Assembly: GCF_006345805.1 (NCBI RefSeq)
Contig: NC_043006.1
Coordinates: 91,326,001-91,390,000 of the forward strand
Origin: Octopus sinensis
Taxonomy: Eukaryota
Reading direction: 5' to 3'
DNA: 64,000 nt
The notes beneath the pieces are model-generated. The model made no database searches and was not told where the DNA came from. It saw only the letters and a list, made by a program, of their open reading frames with translations. Numbering within the stretch: the stretch's first letter is position 1; the number at the start of each line of letters is the position of its first letter. Shown here piece by piece: positions 1 through 13,136 of this stretch. Made by a program: the position numbers and the translations under genes.

Positions 1-465
1 CGAGCCAACATAATCTACTCGCGCCTGGTAAATTGTGTTGTAGTCTCCTAGCACAACTAATGAATGTGAAGTACTAAGAAACTTCTCTAGCTCTCGAAAA
101 TACTCACTTTGCCCAGATGATGATGAGGGTGCATAAATTGCAACCAGTCTGATAACTTTACCTTTACTGAACGTCAAATCCATGACGACCAGCCTACCTT
201 CTGGGTCTGAAAAAATTAACTTTTTCTCAAAAACCCGGTTTCTTTTTAATAGGACCTACACCCCACTCCCGCCGGTAGGACTGCCTGGAGACAAAAAACT
301 CTCGTAGCCATTCAACAGCAGGAGATCTCCTGGCCCTTCTAACCGGGTTTCTGTAGCAACAATGACATCCAAATTCCGCGACCTGATGTCATTAAGGAAG
401 CGACCTTGCTTCCAACTTGATCTCAGGCCACGCACATTTAAGCAACCAACATGAATGTTAGACAT
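1..465 (-). pseudogene. ORF2 N-terminal APE-type endonuclease, one in-frame stop
   Basis: Contains GCLNVRGL and VIVATET motifs. After the TAG at 256-258 the same frame continues ...DPEGRLVVMD...RLVAIYAP...VVLGDYN (IYAP and GDxN motifs). Confidence 0.9.
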
Positions 466-479
466 TACTTAACTCAGTA

Positions 480-1772
480 TCAGTGGTTCGGCGTTTCTTC
501 ATCCTCTTTTTCTTTTTCTTTTCCTCGGGCTCGTGGCGTATTTGGACGTAGGCCCTCGTAAATATATGGAGAAAAATCCATTGTTAGAGGGCCTACGTCG
601 TAGAAGAATTTGGACTTAATCCGCCCGTAATCCTTCCGGCCTATCTTGTAGATAAGGAAGTCTTTCGATGTAGTTGTTTCAACTCGTTTGGCAGTTGGGA
701 TAACTGCCAAACGGTTGACTAGTCTGTTGTTTCATGCCTTTAAGGCCATCTACGTATTTTGTGTTTTTTTTCTTTTTCTTAGAAGTAGTCGACCACCCCT
801 CCTCTCTGTCTTTCTCTTCACTTTCTTCTGTCGCTGGTGATGGTGTTTCTTTTGGTGTTGGTACTGGTGTTTCTTTTGGTGTTGGTACTGGTGTTTCTTT
901 TGGTGTTGGTAATGGTGTTTCTTTTGGTGTTGGTACTGGTGTTGTCTCCTCTGGTGTTTCTTCTTTTCTTTCCTTCTCTTTTGGTTGGCACTCGGCTCTG
1001 ATGTGTCCCTTCAACCCGCAGTTGAAGCATCTCGGTTTTCTGCCTTCCACGAATACTATCAGCCGCTCGCCTCCGCCAACATTTATGGCTTCTGGAATTT
1101 CTTCTAAGGTTGCTACCTCCGCTTGAATTGCCATCGTCAAGCATTGCCTATTCCAATGCTCTTCCACTTCTACCGAGGCCTGGAGAATATTTATTTTTTC
1201 ATCCAGGCCTAATGTTATTGCTGCCACTAAACAAGTGGCATCCACTTCAGAGGGGATGTTATTTATTTTTATTTTTGATGTTCTTCTTCACATGTATATT
1301 GGAAGAAGAACCACCTCCTCTGTTTTGAGTGTCTCCGAAGAGTACTTTTTCGCTGCTTCTTCTGTTTTAAACCTTACTTCTACTGTACCGAACCTTTTTC
1401 CACGGTTGATGTAGGTGATTTCGGGCCAAATTGGTTTCAGGCATTTTTCTACTTTTTTTCCTCTATTCTTTGAATCATTTTTTAAACTATGCTGTACGTC
1501 TTGTAGATGATCCTTTTCCTGTTTACTGCGTCGGTCGTTCCTTCTGTTGTAGCCACAGTAATTTCCGTTCCTTCTTTTTTCAACATGTGCATATATTTTT
1601 CTAAATTACTCTTTTCAGTATTTAGCTTCTTTTCCTTTTTACCAGCTACCTCTGCGAATTTCTTCGGTGAGACTGCTGGTGTTTTTTCGCTTTGTTTTTT
1701 TCGGTGTTACTGCTGGTGAACTACTTTCTTCACCTGACACAGGTGAGAAAGAGAAAGATGTATGCATTTCCA
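480..1772 (-). pseudogene. ORF1 (gag-like nucleic-acid-binding protein), disrupted
   Basis: CFNCGLKGHIRAEC is a Cx2Cx4Hx4C knuckle; GTVEVRFKTEEAA is RRM-like. In-frame TGA at 1288-1290 and frameshifts near 735, 1480 and 1700. Confidence 0.8.
842..955 (-). repeat. 24-bp coding tandem repeat (TPVPTPKE x4-5) in ORF1
   Basis: Unit ggtgtttcttttggtgttggtact repeated directly, just downstream of the zinc knuckle. Confidence 0.95.
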
Positions 1773-1775
1773 TTT

Positions 1776-1856
1776 TTTCACAACAAGTTGGCTTAAAAAA
1801 GCCTTTCACAAAAATTGGCTTCAAAAGCCTTTCACAAAAAATTGGCTTAAAGAGCC
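1776..1856 (-). repeat. 3 x 26-28 bp tandem repeat in the LINE 5'UTR
   Basis: Unit tttcacaaaaattggcttcaaaagcc, three copies immediately upstream of the probable ORF1 ATG. Confidence 0.85.
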
Positions 1857-2399
1857 ACAAGATAACAATAATTACCCTGCAGGGGATAATTTCAACAAAT
1901 AGCTTTCAAAGAAAGCAAGTAACAGTTCTTTTTAAAAACAATAACGATAATTCACAGTAACAATAACAATATTTACAGGGAAAAAATTGACACGTACCAA
2001 CTCAGAAGGAGAAAACAGACATTACATACAGCCAAACTTCATATAGATACTCAATGCAAGCCAATTAGCAGATAACCTAATGTAAAAGTCGTGGTAAACG
2101 GTATGTGCACACCTCCATCTGGACTATTCGATTTCTGCACGCTAATTTTATTTTTAATTTATTCCCATTCATGTGAAACCACTTATTCAAGTTCAAGTCA
2201 TTGATGCAATTTTATACCAATTGCTATTTTTACTTTTGTTATGTTACGATTATATTATACTTTAGTTTGATTTTAATTATTACTTACTACATATAATTCA
2301 ATTGTTATTATTATCTCTAATTTTTATTGTTAAAGTGAAAGTATCTGACATAAAATAGAGAAATGTTTTTGTTTCACTTTTAACACGTAATACTGAAAT

Positions 2400-2728
2400 A
2401 GTGGAGAAGATATGATATTGCTGTGGGCTCGCTCTAGGCAAGGTTGAACATTTTTTTGCCCATGAAACTACATGGACCCTTAGTAAGGCATGTGTAAAAT
2501 TTGAATGAAATTGGTTGTGTAGTTCTCAAGTTTTAGGGAATCGTAGTGGAGAAGATATGATATTGCTGTGGGCTCGCCCTAGGCAAAAAGTTAAATTTTT
2601 TTGCCGATGACACTCCCCGGACCCTAAGTAAGGCATGTGTAAAATTTGAATGAAATTATTGTGTAGTTCTCAAGTTTTAGGGAAACACACAGACAGACAG
2701 ACATTCTCAGTTTTATATAGAGAGAGAT
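2400..2728 (+). mobile_element. 2 x 145-bp tandem unit ending like a non-autonomous Helitron-type element
   Basis: Direct repeats 2400-2540 and 2545-2684, followed by (GACA)n and ttttatatagagag. The aaatttg...gtagtt...(gaca)n...tttatata layout recalls Lep1/DINE-like element ends; the family assignment is inference. Confidence 0.45.
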
Positions 2729-3381
2729 TAGAAAGACAGATTGAACCGACAGAACATGTGGTATTACTTTAAAGCATAGAATTTATAATTCAAACCTAAG
2801 TGTAGAGTTGTTACAATAGAGTTCTTGGAGTAAAAGCAGTCACATAAAGAAGGGAGTAAGAGGTTCTGCATAATGAACCCCCTTTAGCCATTCATTGCCT
2901 GACAGTCTTCAGGACCACTTTTATTTAGTCGCAATTCAAGTCGGAATTCGAAGTGGTAAACCAACCAGAGCACTTGTATATGCTTTCCAAATGGCATCGT
3001 TATATTCAGTTTCAACTGTACCCTGTGTACACACACACACACACACACACGCACATATTTAGCACGTGTGTTTCAAAAAGTTAATCGAAAGCGCTAGAGA
3101 AAAACTTCTCAAAAAGGTTAGTAACAGCCTGATAAAAGATTTCATAACATTTAAAAAGATAATCTTTTTCTTAACTCACCTTGACACTTCAAAACTGCAT
3201 TAAGTAATTGACAGAGACTTACATCAAAATTTCCTTCAAATAGAAACTCTGAAACAAGTTTAATGCCCGAGAAAAGAATTTCAATGAAAGGAAATTTAGA
3301 ACCACGGGAACACAATATACCATAGATTCACAGCCAACAAGCTGTGTGTGTGTGTGTGTGTGTGTGTGAGTGTGTGTGTGT

Positions 3382-3413
<32 letters not shown>

Positions 3414-3418
3414 ACGTA

Positions 3419-5125
3419 CGAGGTGCATTCCACAAGTTTTGAAACATATTCAGGAGAGACATGAATTTTAAATAAATACAAGACTCTAATCTCCCTGACT
3501 TCAATGTAGGATACCTATTTCTTTACTACCCACAAGGGGCTATACACAGAGGGAACAAACAAGGACAGACAAAACGGATTAAGTCGATTATATCGACCCC
3601 AGTGCGTAACTGGTACTTATTTAATCGACCCCGAAAGGATGAAAGGCAAAGTCGACCTCGGCGGAATTTGAACTCAGAACGTAGCGGCAGACGAATTACC
3701 TATTTCTTTACTACCCACAAGGGGCTAAGCACAGAGGGAACAAACAAAGACAGACAAACGGATTAAGTCGATTACATCGACTCCAGTGCGTAACTGGTAC
3801 TTATTTAATCGACTCCGAAAGGATGAAAGGCAAAGTCGACCTCGGAGTAATTTGAACTCAGAACGTAGTGGCAGGCGAAATACGGCTACGCATTTCACCC
3901 GGCGTGCTAACGTTTCTGCCAGCTCTCCGCCTTCGCTTCAATGTAGGATACCTTGACTTCAATGCGCTTGTTGTAGCGCTCCAACCACTTGCTGATGGCC
4001 CCTTGAAAAGTCCTTTAAAGTGAAGCTTTTCAGGATCCTTGCCATAGTTCCCTAAATCTTCTCAATGTTTTCAAAACAATTGCTCCTGCAGTTTTCCTTC
4101 CTCTTGGGGAACAATTAGGGAGCAAAGTCTGGACTATAGGGAGGAAGAGAGACAATTCTGATGCTCATCTCCGTCTAGTATGTTGGTTACCAGGATGGAA
4201 TTGTAGACTGGAACCTTTTCTTGTTACAGGCGCCACTGACCGAAATGGAAGGGCGCAGCCCCTTTGCGATGAAATCTCTCCTTGAACTCCCTCAGAACCT
4301 CCACAAAGTATTCTTTGTTGACTGTTTGGTCAGAGGGAAGCCAGTGGTTGGAGACGATGCCCTTGCCATTGAAAAAAGACGATCATCCTGAGCTTGCCGG
4401 TGAACTTGCTTTGCTTGACTTTCTTGGGTCTGGAGGAGCCAGGACGCTTCCAATGGGCATTCTGGCTCTTGATTTCTGGATCATAGCAGTAGATCCTGCT
4501 TTTATTTCAGGTCACCAGAGACTCGAGTACTCTTGAATTCGAGTGATGTACTCAACCATCTCCCTGACACCACTAATCCGCCTTCTTCGTCACTGAGCAT
4601 CCTGGCCACAAACTTTGAACGAACTTTGTGCATGTTTAGATCTTCATGAATAATTCTGTCACATCAACTCTATGCTTTTTGCCTTTACACAGGAGATAAC
4701 GAATTTTCCCAATCAGCACTGATGTTTGGATGTTCCTCTCCCTCTCACACCTCTCATCATCTCTTACTTCCTCTCTACCGTTCTTGAATCCCTTGTGCTA
4801 ATGAAAAACAGATTTTCGGATCAAGTCAATCCATAAACAGTATGGAGTATTTCATAACTGTCTTTCACCTTAATTGCAAGGTGAGCTTCTAAATTATTTT
4901 CCCGTCCTGGCTGCATTCTATAAACAGGTCAGCTGTGACAAGCTGTGTTTAGAAAAGTGTATTCAAAGTACTGTTATAGCCGTTTCTTTCAGTCCGCAAT
5001 AAGGAAGTTGGCAAGTCAGCTTATTAGATGTATAGTAATGCTATACTAAAAATTACAATGATCCAGGACAGTTATGATTGCTTCTCCTGAAAAAAAGTCT
5101 CAAAAAACTTCTGAAATGTACCGTG
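3419..5125 (-). mobile_element. Full-length decayed mariner DNA transposon
   Basis: Minus-strand fragments RIIHEDLNMHKVRSKFVARML, IYCYDPEIK (4469-4495), QTVNKEYF and PPYSPDFAP (4118-4144). Degenerate TIRs at 3419-3445 (after TA) and 5097-5125. About 1.27 kb once the nested SINE is removed. Confidence 0.85.
3516..3935 (-). mobile_element. tRNA-derived SINE dimer (full copy plus 5'-truncated copy) nested in the mariner
   Basis: A-box/B-box head (TGGCAGAAACGTTAGC...GAGTTCAAAT). Copies at 3699-3935 and 3516-3698. 17-bp TSD cttcaatgtaggatacc at 3499-3515 and 3936-3952. Confidence 0.9.
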
Positions 5126-5139
5126 AGTGATGGATACAT

Positions 5140-5174
<35 letters not shown>

Positions 5175-5198
5175 TATATATATAATGGATATATATAG

Positions 5199-5234
<36 letters not shown>

Positions 5235-5391
5235 TATTATATGCGCAACTCCATTGTCCCCCGAGACAAAAAGGATGCCAACAACAACAATATATATAAA
5301 ACTGTACATATTGGATAATATATCCACTCTTTTGCCAGATATACGACTGCATCTTTTCCTTGACTTATGGACTCTTAGAAGATTCACGCGC

Positions 5392-5440
<49 letters not shown>

Positions 5441-5458
5441 CACACACACACACACACA

Positions 5459-5502
<44 letters not shown>

Positions 5503-5544
5503 ACACACACACAAGAGTTAAGAAGGGATGGAATAGATAAGATC

Positions 5545-5633
5545 CGGACTACATATGTTTCATAGCGAGCGGGACATCGGATATGGTAAATATCCAAGCG
5601 AGGTGAATACCACGGGCTAATCTTCAGGCTAAG
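5545..5633 (-). ncRNA. Degenerate hammerhead-like motif
   Basis: CUGAAGA, then U-UAGC...GCUA-U long stem II, GAAA, CAUAUG palindrome, UA. Stem I pairs poorly. Confidence 0.35.
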
Positions 5634-6231
5634 AGTATCTTGGTTATATACACATACATACACACATACATATATGTGTGTGTGTGTGTGTGTGAATAAA
5701 GCCGGTACATTCAAATTGAATTATCTCCCTTTACGCCAGAAATTTACCAAATAAGTGGTAAAGAGAGAAAGTGGAAAGAGAGAAAGAAGAAAACATTGAA
5801 AGCGGTGCTCCAGCATGACCGTAGTCAAATCCTTGAAACTAGCAAAGAAGACTAAAGGCAAATCAGGTTTGCAGAATTTATGAAAAACAACAACAACAGC
5901 AACAACAACGGCAAACAAATAAAGAGCGAAACGCAGAGGAGACATTTGAAATAAATCTGAAAAAGAAAGAAAGGAAGAAAGAAAGCGAAGGGGAAATGAC
6001 AGCGAGTTTGACTTTTAAAATATGAATAAGAATTTATGAAATAATCGAATGTTTTGCCGAGATAAATAACGGTAGAGAAACGGATAGGGGTGGGGGTGGG
6101 GTGGGCGTTAATATGAAATATTTTATCAAGGAGAAAAGAAAGAAAAAAATAAGAAATGAAGACGTTGTGGGTAGGGCTATAAATTTTAACTGAAAAATAA
6201 ATAAATAAAAGTAAGACATATGTGTATGTGA

Positions 6232-6314
<83 letters not shown>

Positions 6315-6401
6315 GGTTTTGTTGATTTGTTTGTCGGTTTCATTCTTCTTCGTCTTTTAATGTTCTGGAGCATCTGATGTTTACTCCTATATTAGTTTTC
6401 T

Positions 6402-6461
<60 letters not shown>

Positions 6462-6462
6462 T

Positions 6463-6494
<32 letters not shown>

Positions 6495-6926
6495 TTTTTT
6501 TCTTTCTTCTTCTTTCTTTCTTTCTTTCTTTCTTTCTTCTTCTTCATACAAAACATATGAAACAGAAAATTTTTGGTTGTTTTAAATGTTGATATATCTC
6601 ATGCTTAGAATAACTCTAGCGGTACTCGAAATCCAGTTGCCGTGGTACTCTAAATCCAATTCTGGTGGTACCTTGGATACAGCCTGTTGCAGCTTGTGTT
6701 GAAACACCATCATCATCATCATCATCATCATTACGTCTCTACCATTACTACCGCTATCACTACTTCTATCAAAAATCTCAGAGAGGAATCCACACACTCA
6801 TAGCAAAAGTGTGTATTGAGAGCTTTTATATTTTTGAACTAGGAAGCAGAAATAAACATTCGCCATACTTGATCGCTAAATCTACAAGTTTTTTTCCATT
6901 CTCTCTCTATTTATTTCCTCTTATTC

Positions 6927-6962
6927 CTTCCTGTCGAAGAGCGTAGGCTCGAAACGTAAAAG
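6927..6962 (+). ncRNA. Minimal hammerhead motif (extra-A family) in a PLE-like 3' terminus (~6820-7055)
   Basis: cttc-CTGTCGA-a-GAGC gtag GCTC-GAAA-CG-TA-aaag. A6 is mutated to U and stem I pairs 3 of 4. Confidence 0.5.
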
Positions 6963-7213
6963 ACTTTTCCATTTCTCCTGAGCGTCAAACTAATACACTT
7001 GCTTGTTGTTCCTACACCTGTCTTCGTCTTTTGTTTTTCTATAAATTTTTAACCTCATTTATATATGTATGTGTGTGTATATAAATACATACATATATAT
7101 ATATATATATAAAGAATATATATATTCATATATATGTATGTGTGTGTTAGTGTGCGCACATTACATATTTACAGACACACTCAAGCACACAAACACGCAC
7201 ACACACATACACG

Positions 7214-7245
<32 letters not shown>

Positions 7246-7347
7246 CATGCATATATATATGTATACACACGCACAAACACGCGCACACACACACACAAAC
7301 ATATTATACATATACACATACATGCATACATACATACAGGTTACTCA

Positions 7348-7560
7348 GTGGAGGCGCAATGGCCCAGTGGTTTAGGCAGCAGACTCGCGGTCGTAGGATC
7401 GCAGTTTCGATTCCCAGACCTAAAGCTCCACGAGGCTCCGGCAAGGGGTTGGTTGTGGGAGGTCGGCGAACCCTACTGTACTCTTCCACTACAATTTTCA
7501 CTGTTTCTTCCTGCTTTAGCTGTGATCTTGGAACCTAACGTATAGTACTTACCCAGCGTA
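7348..7560 (+). mobile_element. tRNA-derived SINE (GTGGAGGCG head family), internally deleted
   Basis: gtggaggcgcaatggcccagtggtttag...gtttcgattccc head, same family as the copies at 34728-35293. Confidence 0.8.
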
Positions 7561-7594
7561 CCTATTCATTTGGATCACTGTTGAACTAAACCCC

Positions 7595-7683
<89 letters not shown>

Positions 7684-7710
7684 ATGTGTGTGTATTTCCT
7701 TTGTGCTTTG

Positions 7711-8026
7711 CTTGTTTCAGTCATTAGGCTGTTGTCATGCTGGAGCACCGCCATAAAATATTTTAGTTGAAGGAATCGACCCCTGTACTTATTATCTTTT
7801 CTAAAACATGGCATTTATTCTATCGGTCTCTTTTGCCGAACCGCTAGCTTACGGGAACGTAAACACACTAACACAGGTGGTGGAAGACAAAGAAAAAATA
7901 TATATATAAACCGATAGAATAAGTACTAGGCTTTATAAGTCCTAGAGTCGATTCATTCGACTAAAAATTCTTGAAGGCGGTGCCCCAGCATGGCCACAGT
8001 ATGATGACTGAAACAAGAAAAAGATG
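7711..8026. mobile_element. Two divergent SINE pieces with the CR1-like tail (7711-7890 minus, 7909-8026 plus)
   Basis: Shared body accgatagaataagtac...gtcgat...cgact and tail ggcggtgccccagcatggcc...tgactgaaacaag. Confidence 0.8.
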
Positions 8027-8973
8027 AAAATGAAACCACCACACACCTGTGTGTATTAATATCAAGTTAAATTTAATGTCAAACTGAAGGATTACTGAAT
8101 AGTTTTTGGTAGCGTATATGTGAAATGTCTACAAAGAAAAATTGGCAGTAACTTCGAAGTTTAATAAGCACACACACACACATTTGGAGAATAAGAATAC
8201 CGGTTTTTAACTGTCCGCTCTAGTCCCGTATGAACAATCGTTTCATTTACAATCATCTGAGCGAATTCATAGTAAAAACGTTGACACCAGGGGCGAACGG
8301 GGAAGTCTTATGTCTGCAAACAACAGGGAAATCTCCTTCAAATAGCACGCTGGCGTCTTAAAAAATCGGGATGGTCATTGATGGAATGGCTTTGACTTAC
8401 GTTTGAGCTAAGCAAGCTGGAGTTTAGGGCAACACTCTAAAATAGCTTACCAAAATCTCAAACTGTTTACTTTAATTCGTTAAAGTTCTATCCTTCATAT
8501 TTAAGTAATGATTCAGCCCAATTAACTTAATTAGCAACAATTATCATTAAAAAATTAGACTCATCGATTATTGAAGATCATTAATTACATAAGTCTGTAG
8601 GATTTCGTTATTTTATAATTATGCTTAAATATCAATTCTTATGATATTTGATTATGCTTGTTTTTCGTTTGTTTCTTAGACAAGTATTTATTTTATCAGT
8701 ATATAGAAGTTGAACTACGGCTTGTTTCCTCTGTTGTGCTGACGCAATGGCTTTTGTATTTTATAAATGAATGTGATTTCTTACATCATTATATGTTAAG
8801 AGTGTTAGAATTTGTAAATTACAATTCATTTCTTCGTAATTACACGTTTATGAGACTTTTGTCATTTTAGAGTTGAGAAGCAAAATATAAAAAAAAAAGA
8901 GAAAAAAAAAAAGATATTCGGTCTAATGACTTTGTAGAAACGGGTTGGCAGAATTATTTTCCCTCTTAATTTA

Positions 8974-9397
8974 AGGTGGCGAACTAGAAGAGTGGTTAGC
9001 ATGCCGGAAAAAAATACTTGGCGGCATTTCGTTCTAAGTTCAAATACTGCTGAGGTCGACTCTGACTTTTGTTCTTTCGGGTCAAATAAGAATTAGTCGA
9101 GCCCTGGGGTCGATGTTATCGACTTAACCCCTCCTCTGAAATTGTTGACCTTGTGTCAAATTTGAAACCAATATATATTTCTTTATTGCCCACAAGGGGC
9201 TAAACATAGAGAGGACAGACAAAGAGATTAAGTCGATTACATCGACCCCAGTGCGAAACTGGTACTTTATCTATCGACCCTGAAAGGATGAAAGGCAAAG
9301 TCGACCTGGGCGGAATTTGAACTCAGAACGTAACGACAGACGAAATACCGCTAAGCATTTCGCCCGGCGCGCTAACGTGTCTGCCAGCTCGCCGCCT
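8974..9397. mobile_element. Plus-strand SINE (8974-9170) with a minus-strand SINE (9179-9397) inserted in its tail
   Basis: 14-bp TSD aaaccaatatatat at 9165-9178 and 9398-9411. Both copies have the GGCGGCGAGCTGGCAG-type head and GTCGAC central domain. Confidence 0.85.
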
Positions 9398-9439
9398 AAA
9401 CCAATATATATGTGCGTGTGTTTGTATGTACACGTGTGG

Positions 9440-9495
<56 letters not shown>

Positions 9496-9501
9496 ACATG
9501 T

Positions 9502-9534
<33 letters not shown>

Positions 9535-10244
9535 CAATCCCCATTTTTGGAAATAATCAGATACATGCCTACTCGCAGTTAGCTGGTGCACTTAGTATTT
9601 CTAAATGAATACTGTGCTTTTTTTTTTATTTTAAAAGCAAAATATATTTATCTTAGCTTCAATGATAGAAGAAAGCGTGAAGAATTTCATAGTTTTAGTC
9701 CCAAGCAGCAAAAATTTGTATAAAAAAGTTGTGAGGAAAAATACTTGCCAAAAAATATAAGGAAGGGAAAAAATTGGATTTAAGTATAATTAACTTTTTT
9801 ATTTTAAAAACAAACTATATTTTAATTAAGCTTAAATTTCCAGAGCAACAATACAAAATGGTTAATAAATAAAGAAATAACTATATGCAGCCACTCCAGC
9901 ATTTCTGTTGTCCGACTGTAAAATTAGGCCCAGGAGGGTCTTTTTTGGTGGTTTGAGACGAATACGCTAACGACACTGGCCCGAACGAGATTTGAACAAG
10001 GAAGTTAAAGTGATATAACTAAACAACAGAAAACAATGAGTTCAACTTTCACTTCATAGACCGGGTTTTCCCCCACCGTTTCTAATTCTGTGTTATTGCA
10101 TTTCGTTTTAGGGAATTTGTGGAAAAATCGACGAACGTTTCATTTATTTCTTCTTCCACAGCATTGTTTTGGCTTTTGCATCCTTACATTTGGTTAACAA
10201 TGCCTCTAGCAAATTACACCAAGTATGAGTGTGTGAGCACGTGA

Positions 10245-10305
<61 letters not shown>

Positions 10306-10679
10306 TGTGTATATATATATCTATCTATATGTATGTAATTATATATGCGTGTGCATATTAGTGTAATGATGTGTAGGTATACATTTAGTCAGCGGCAGAT
10401 ATTCCACAGACAGACACACACACATGTATATATGTGTGTGTGTGTGCATATCTGCATGTATGTATACTGATGCAGGTTCCTTTCTATAAGCGTGTGGGTA
10501 TATATGTATATATATAAATTTCTCTCATCTGTCTGTCTATTTGAAAGTTTGTTTATGTATGTATATGCATGTACATGCATATAAACGTAAAGATATATAT
10601 ATATATATATATGCATATACATACATATAAATACATATATAAATACATGCATAAAATATATACATACATATATACATAC

Positions 10680-10715
<36 letters not shown>

Positions 10716-11587
10716 ATATGTATATATATATACGTATATGCATATACATATTCAGGTATATATGTGCATGCATATTAATGTAATGATCTGTATGTGTGTA
10801 TGTTATGGTTGTCCATTCGTGACCGAGGAAGACCATCTCTGACCATCGTGCATGCAAAATGCCAGTAATGCCCTTGCATGAGGTTATTGCACCAACATTC
10901 GGCTTCACCCGGGTTCTATGCTCGCAGCGGCACCCTCCTTCCCGGAGGACAACGGATAGTCGCCACGGCGGTGATTGCACAACCTAAAATTCTAAGTCCA
11001 ATAAGACTTGCACAGCACCTCACAGACTCTCTCATATGTTCCAGAGACAAACCAAGGCAAGCTATTGTCAGAGTGACTTTCCCCTGGAGACGTACTTTAA
11101 CAAAAGCTAAGGGGAGATAATCTCACAAATCACCAGTTGTCCAAAAGTGATTATTCCATCAAAGAAAAGTATTTCTGCTTGTCTCAAGACAAGATAGCTG
11201 AGGATACACGCACAGCATTTGCACTGTTTTATTGTCAATAGACGAGGCACTTAGACATATACATAAACGAGTAGAGGACATTTATGGCTTAGTTAATTTG
11301 CATAAATTTGCATAAATGTACGTGCTGTCCAAAGGAACTCGGTCAGTCAATAATTTCCACTGTCTAGATCTACTCAACTGACCCATTTCTTCATACAAAA
11401 GAGCACAGAAAGTGAAAAAGAGGGCCCTTGCATAATCATGAATATTTGCCTTGTTTTACCCCCAAATGGAAACACCGCCCAGCCCAGGAATCGAAACCAC
11501 AAACTTACGGTTGTGAGTACAACACCCTAACCACAAGACCATGCGACTTCACGCTGCAATGATGAGAAAAAGCGTGAAATACAACAC

Positions 11588-11661
<74 letters not shown>

Positions 11662-11750
11662 ACACTTTTTCCTAATTCCGTCTCTCTCACACATGTACGC
11701 ACAAGGCATACACATACGCATATGTATATACCAATACATACATACATACA

Positions 11751-11792
<42 letters not shown>

Positions 11793-12302
11793 TACACATA
11801 TGCACACGCATATTAATGATTACACATAGTGCTTTCGTGCACATGCACAAGAAGGCATATATATACACAGACATGTATGTACATATAAAAATGTATATAT
11901 GCATATAAACACTCACATATAACACCTTTCCGCGTGTCAGCAGGTATGCGCTTGTGTGTATGTGTGTGGTGCTTCTGTGTGTGTGTTTGTGTACATGCGT
12001 GTTGTCTTTCACCTTCCCCTTGCTCTTCTCTCTTCTCTCTCTCTCTCTTTCTCTCCCTCTCTGCCGCCCTGTCTCTCGTTCTCTCTTTACAGAACGTCAT
12101 TGATTCCTTTCAAAAAGCTGTTAGAATGTGAAGACGACGTAAAAGGCAGCACAACGCTAATTCACTCTGGACAATTTAGTTCCGCTTCCTTGAATTCGGA
12201 TCCAGTTAATTAAATTTATCTGAAAGAACTATAAAAATAGTGAAACGTGCAGATGTAAAGATTACATATAAAAGATTAAAAAGCCCCCCCCCCCAAAAAA
12301 AA

Positions 12303-12335
<33 letters not shown>

Positions 12336-13136
12336 AAGGAAAAAAGAGAAAACGAGAATCCAGTTTTTCTTTTCTTTCACATATGCTCTTGTTTTTTTTT
12401 CTGAGTGATTTTGTTTTTAATCTCCACACATTTCACTTTGCTTCAATGTAAACATGAATTCACCACTCACTCTTATTTTAACCAACAATAAATTAAATTT
12501 CATTGACTATAAAACAAATACCATCACTGTTTCACTCTACCTCGTCAATCTGGTTCTTAACTAACTGTTTGTCGTGTAATAATACAGTATGATGTTTGTT
12601 ATAACATGTGTGGCAAAGAAGAGCATGGTTTTTTTATGCCCAGACACCGACACCATCACTTTTCCTTGTCAACCAATGGCTATTAAGCGTAGATTCTAGC
12701 ATGCCGCCAGGAGGCGCTAGGATTGCTATACAACGATTGTTAACCCCGTCCCAAAATTTTCAGTGGTTCACAGAATACTCACCTGTCACTTATAAGAGTG
12801 TGAAAAAGCGTGGTTTTAGTGGTTAGGGGGTTGGGTTCACGGTCGTTATATCGTGGGTTCTTGAACAGGGTGGAGCATAGTGTCTTTGAGCAAGGCATGC
12901 CATCTCATGTTGCTCCAGTATACTTGGCTGAAAACGAATACCGGTTACACCTAGGCTTGAACTCCTTTATAGATTAACACCCTGTTTAGGCAGGAAGGTT
13001 TGTTCTCTTAACCCAAACGCTTTGAAAATCCAAACCAGTTCCAGTCTTATGGAGCGCTAAGTCCTTTCAAGTATTACAGTTTATCTCTCTAAACTCACTC
13101 AATTACTTCTTGTAACTGTTTCCCCTTTAGGTGCAG

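Larger units (their letters stand above)
1..1860 (-). mobile_element. 5' part of an L1/Tx1-group non-LTR retrotransposon (5'UTR, ORF1, start of ORF2); continues off the left edge
   Basis: ORF1 with an RRM-like segment and a CCHC knuckle is followed after a 14-nt spacer by an AP-endonuclease ORF on the same strand. The 5' boundary is approximate. Confidence 0.85.

Noticed and set aside
842-2684. Short direct repeats as a possible CRISPR array
   Set aside because: The repeats are contiguous without unique spacers, the context is eukaryotic, and there are no cas genes.
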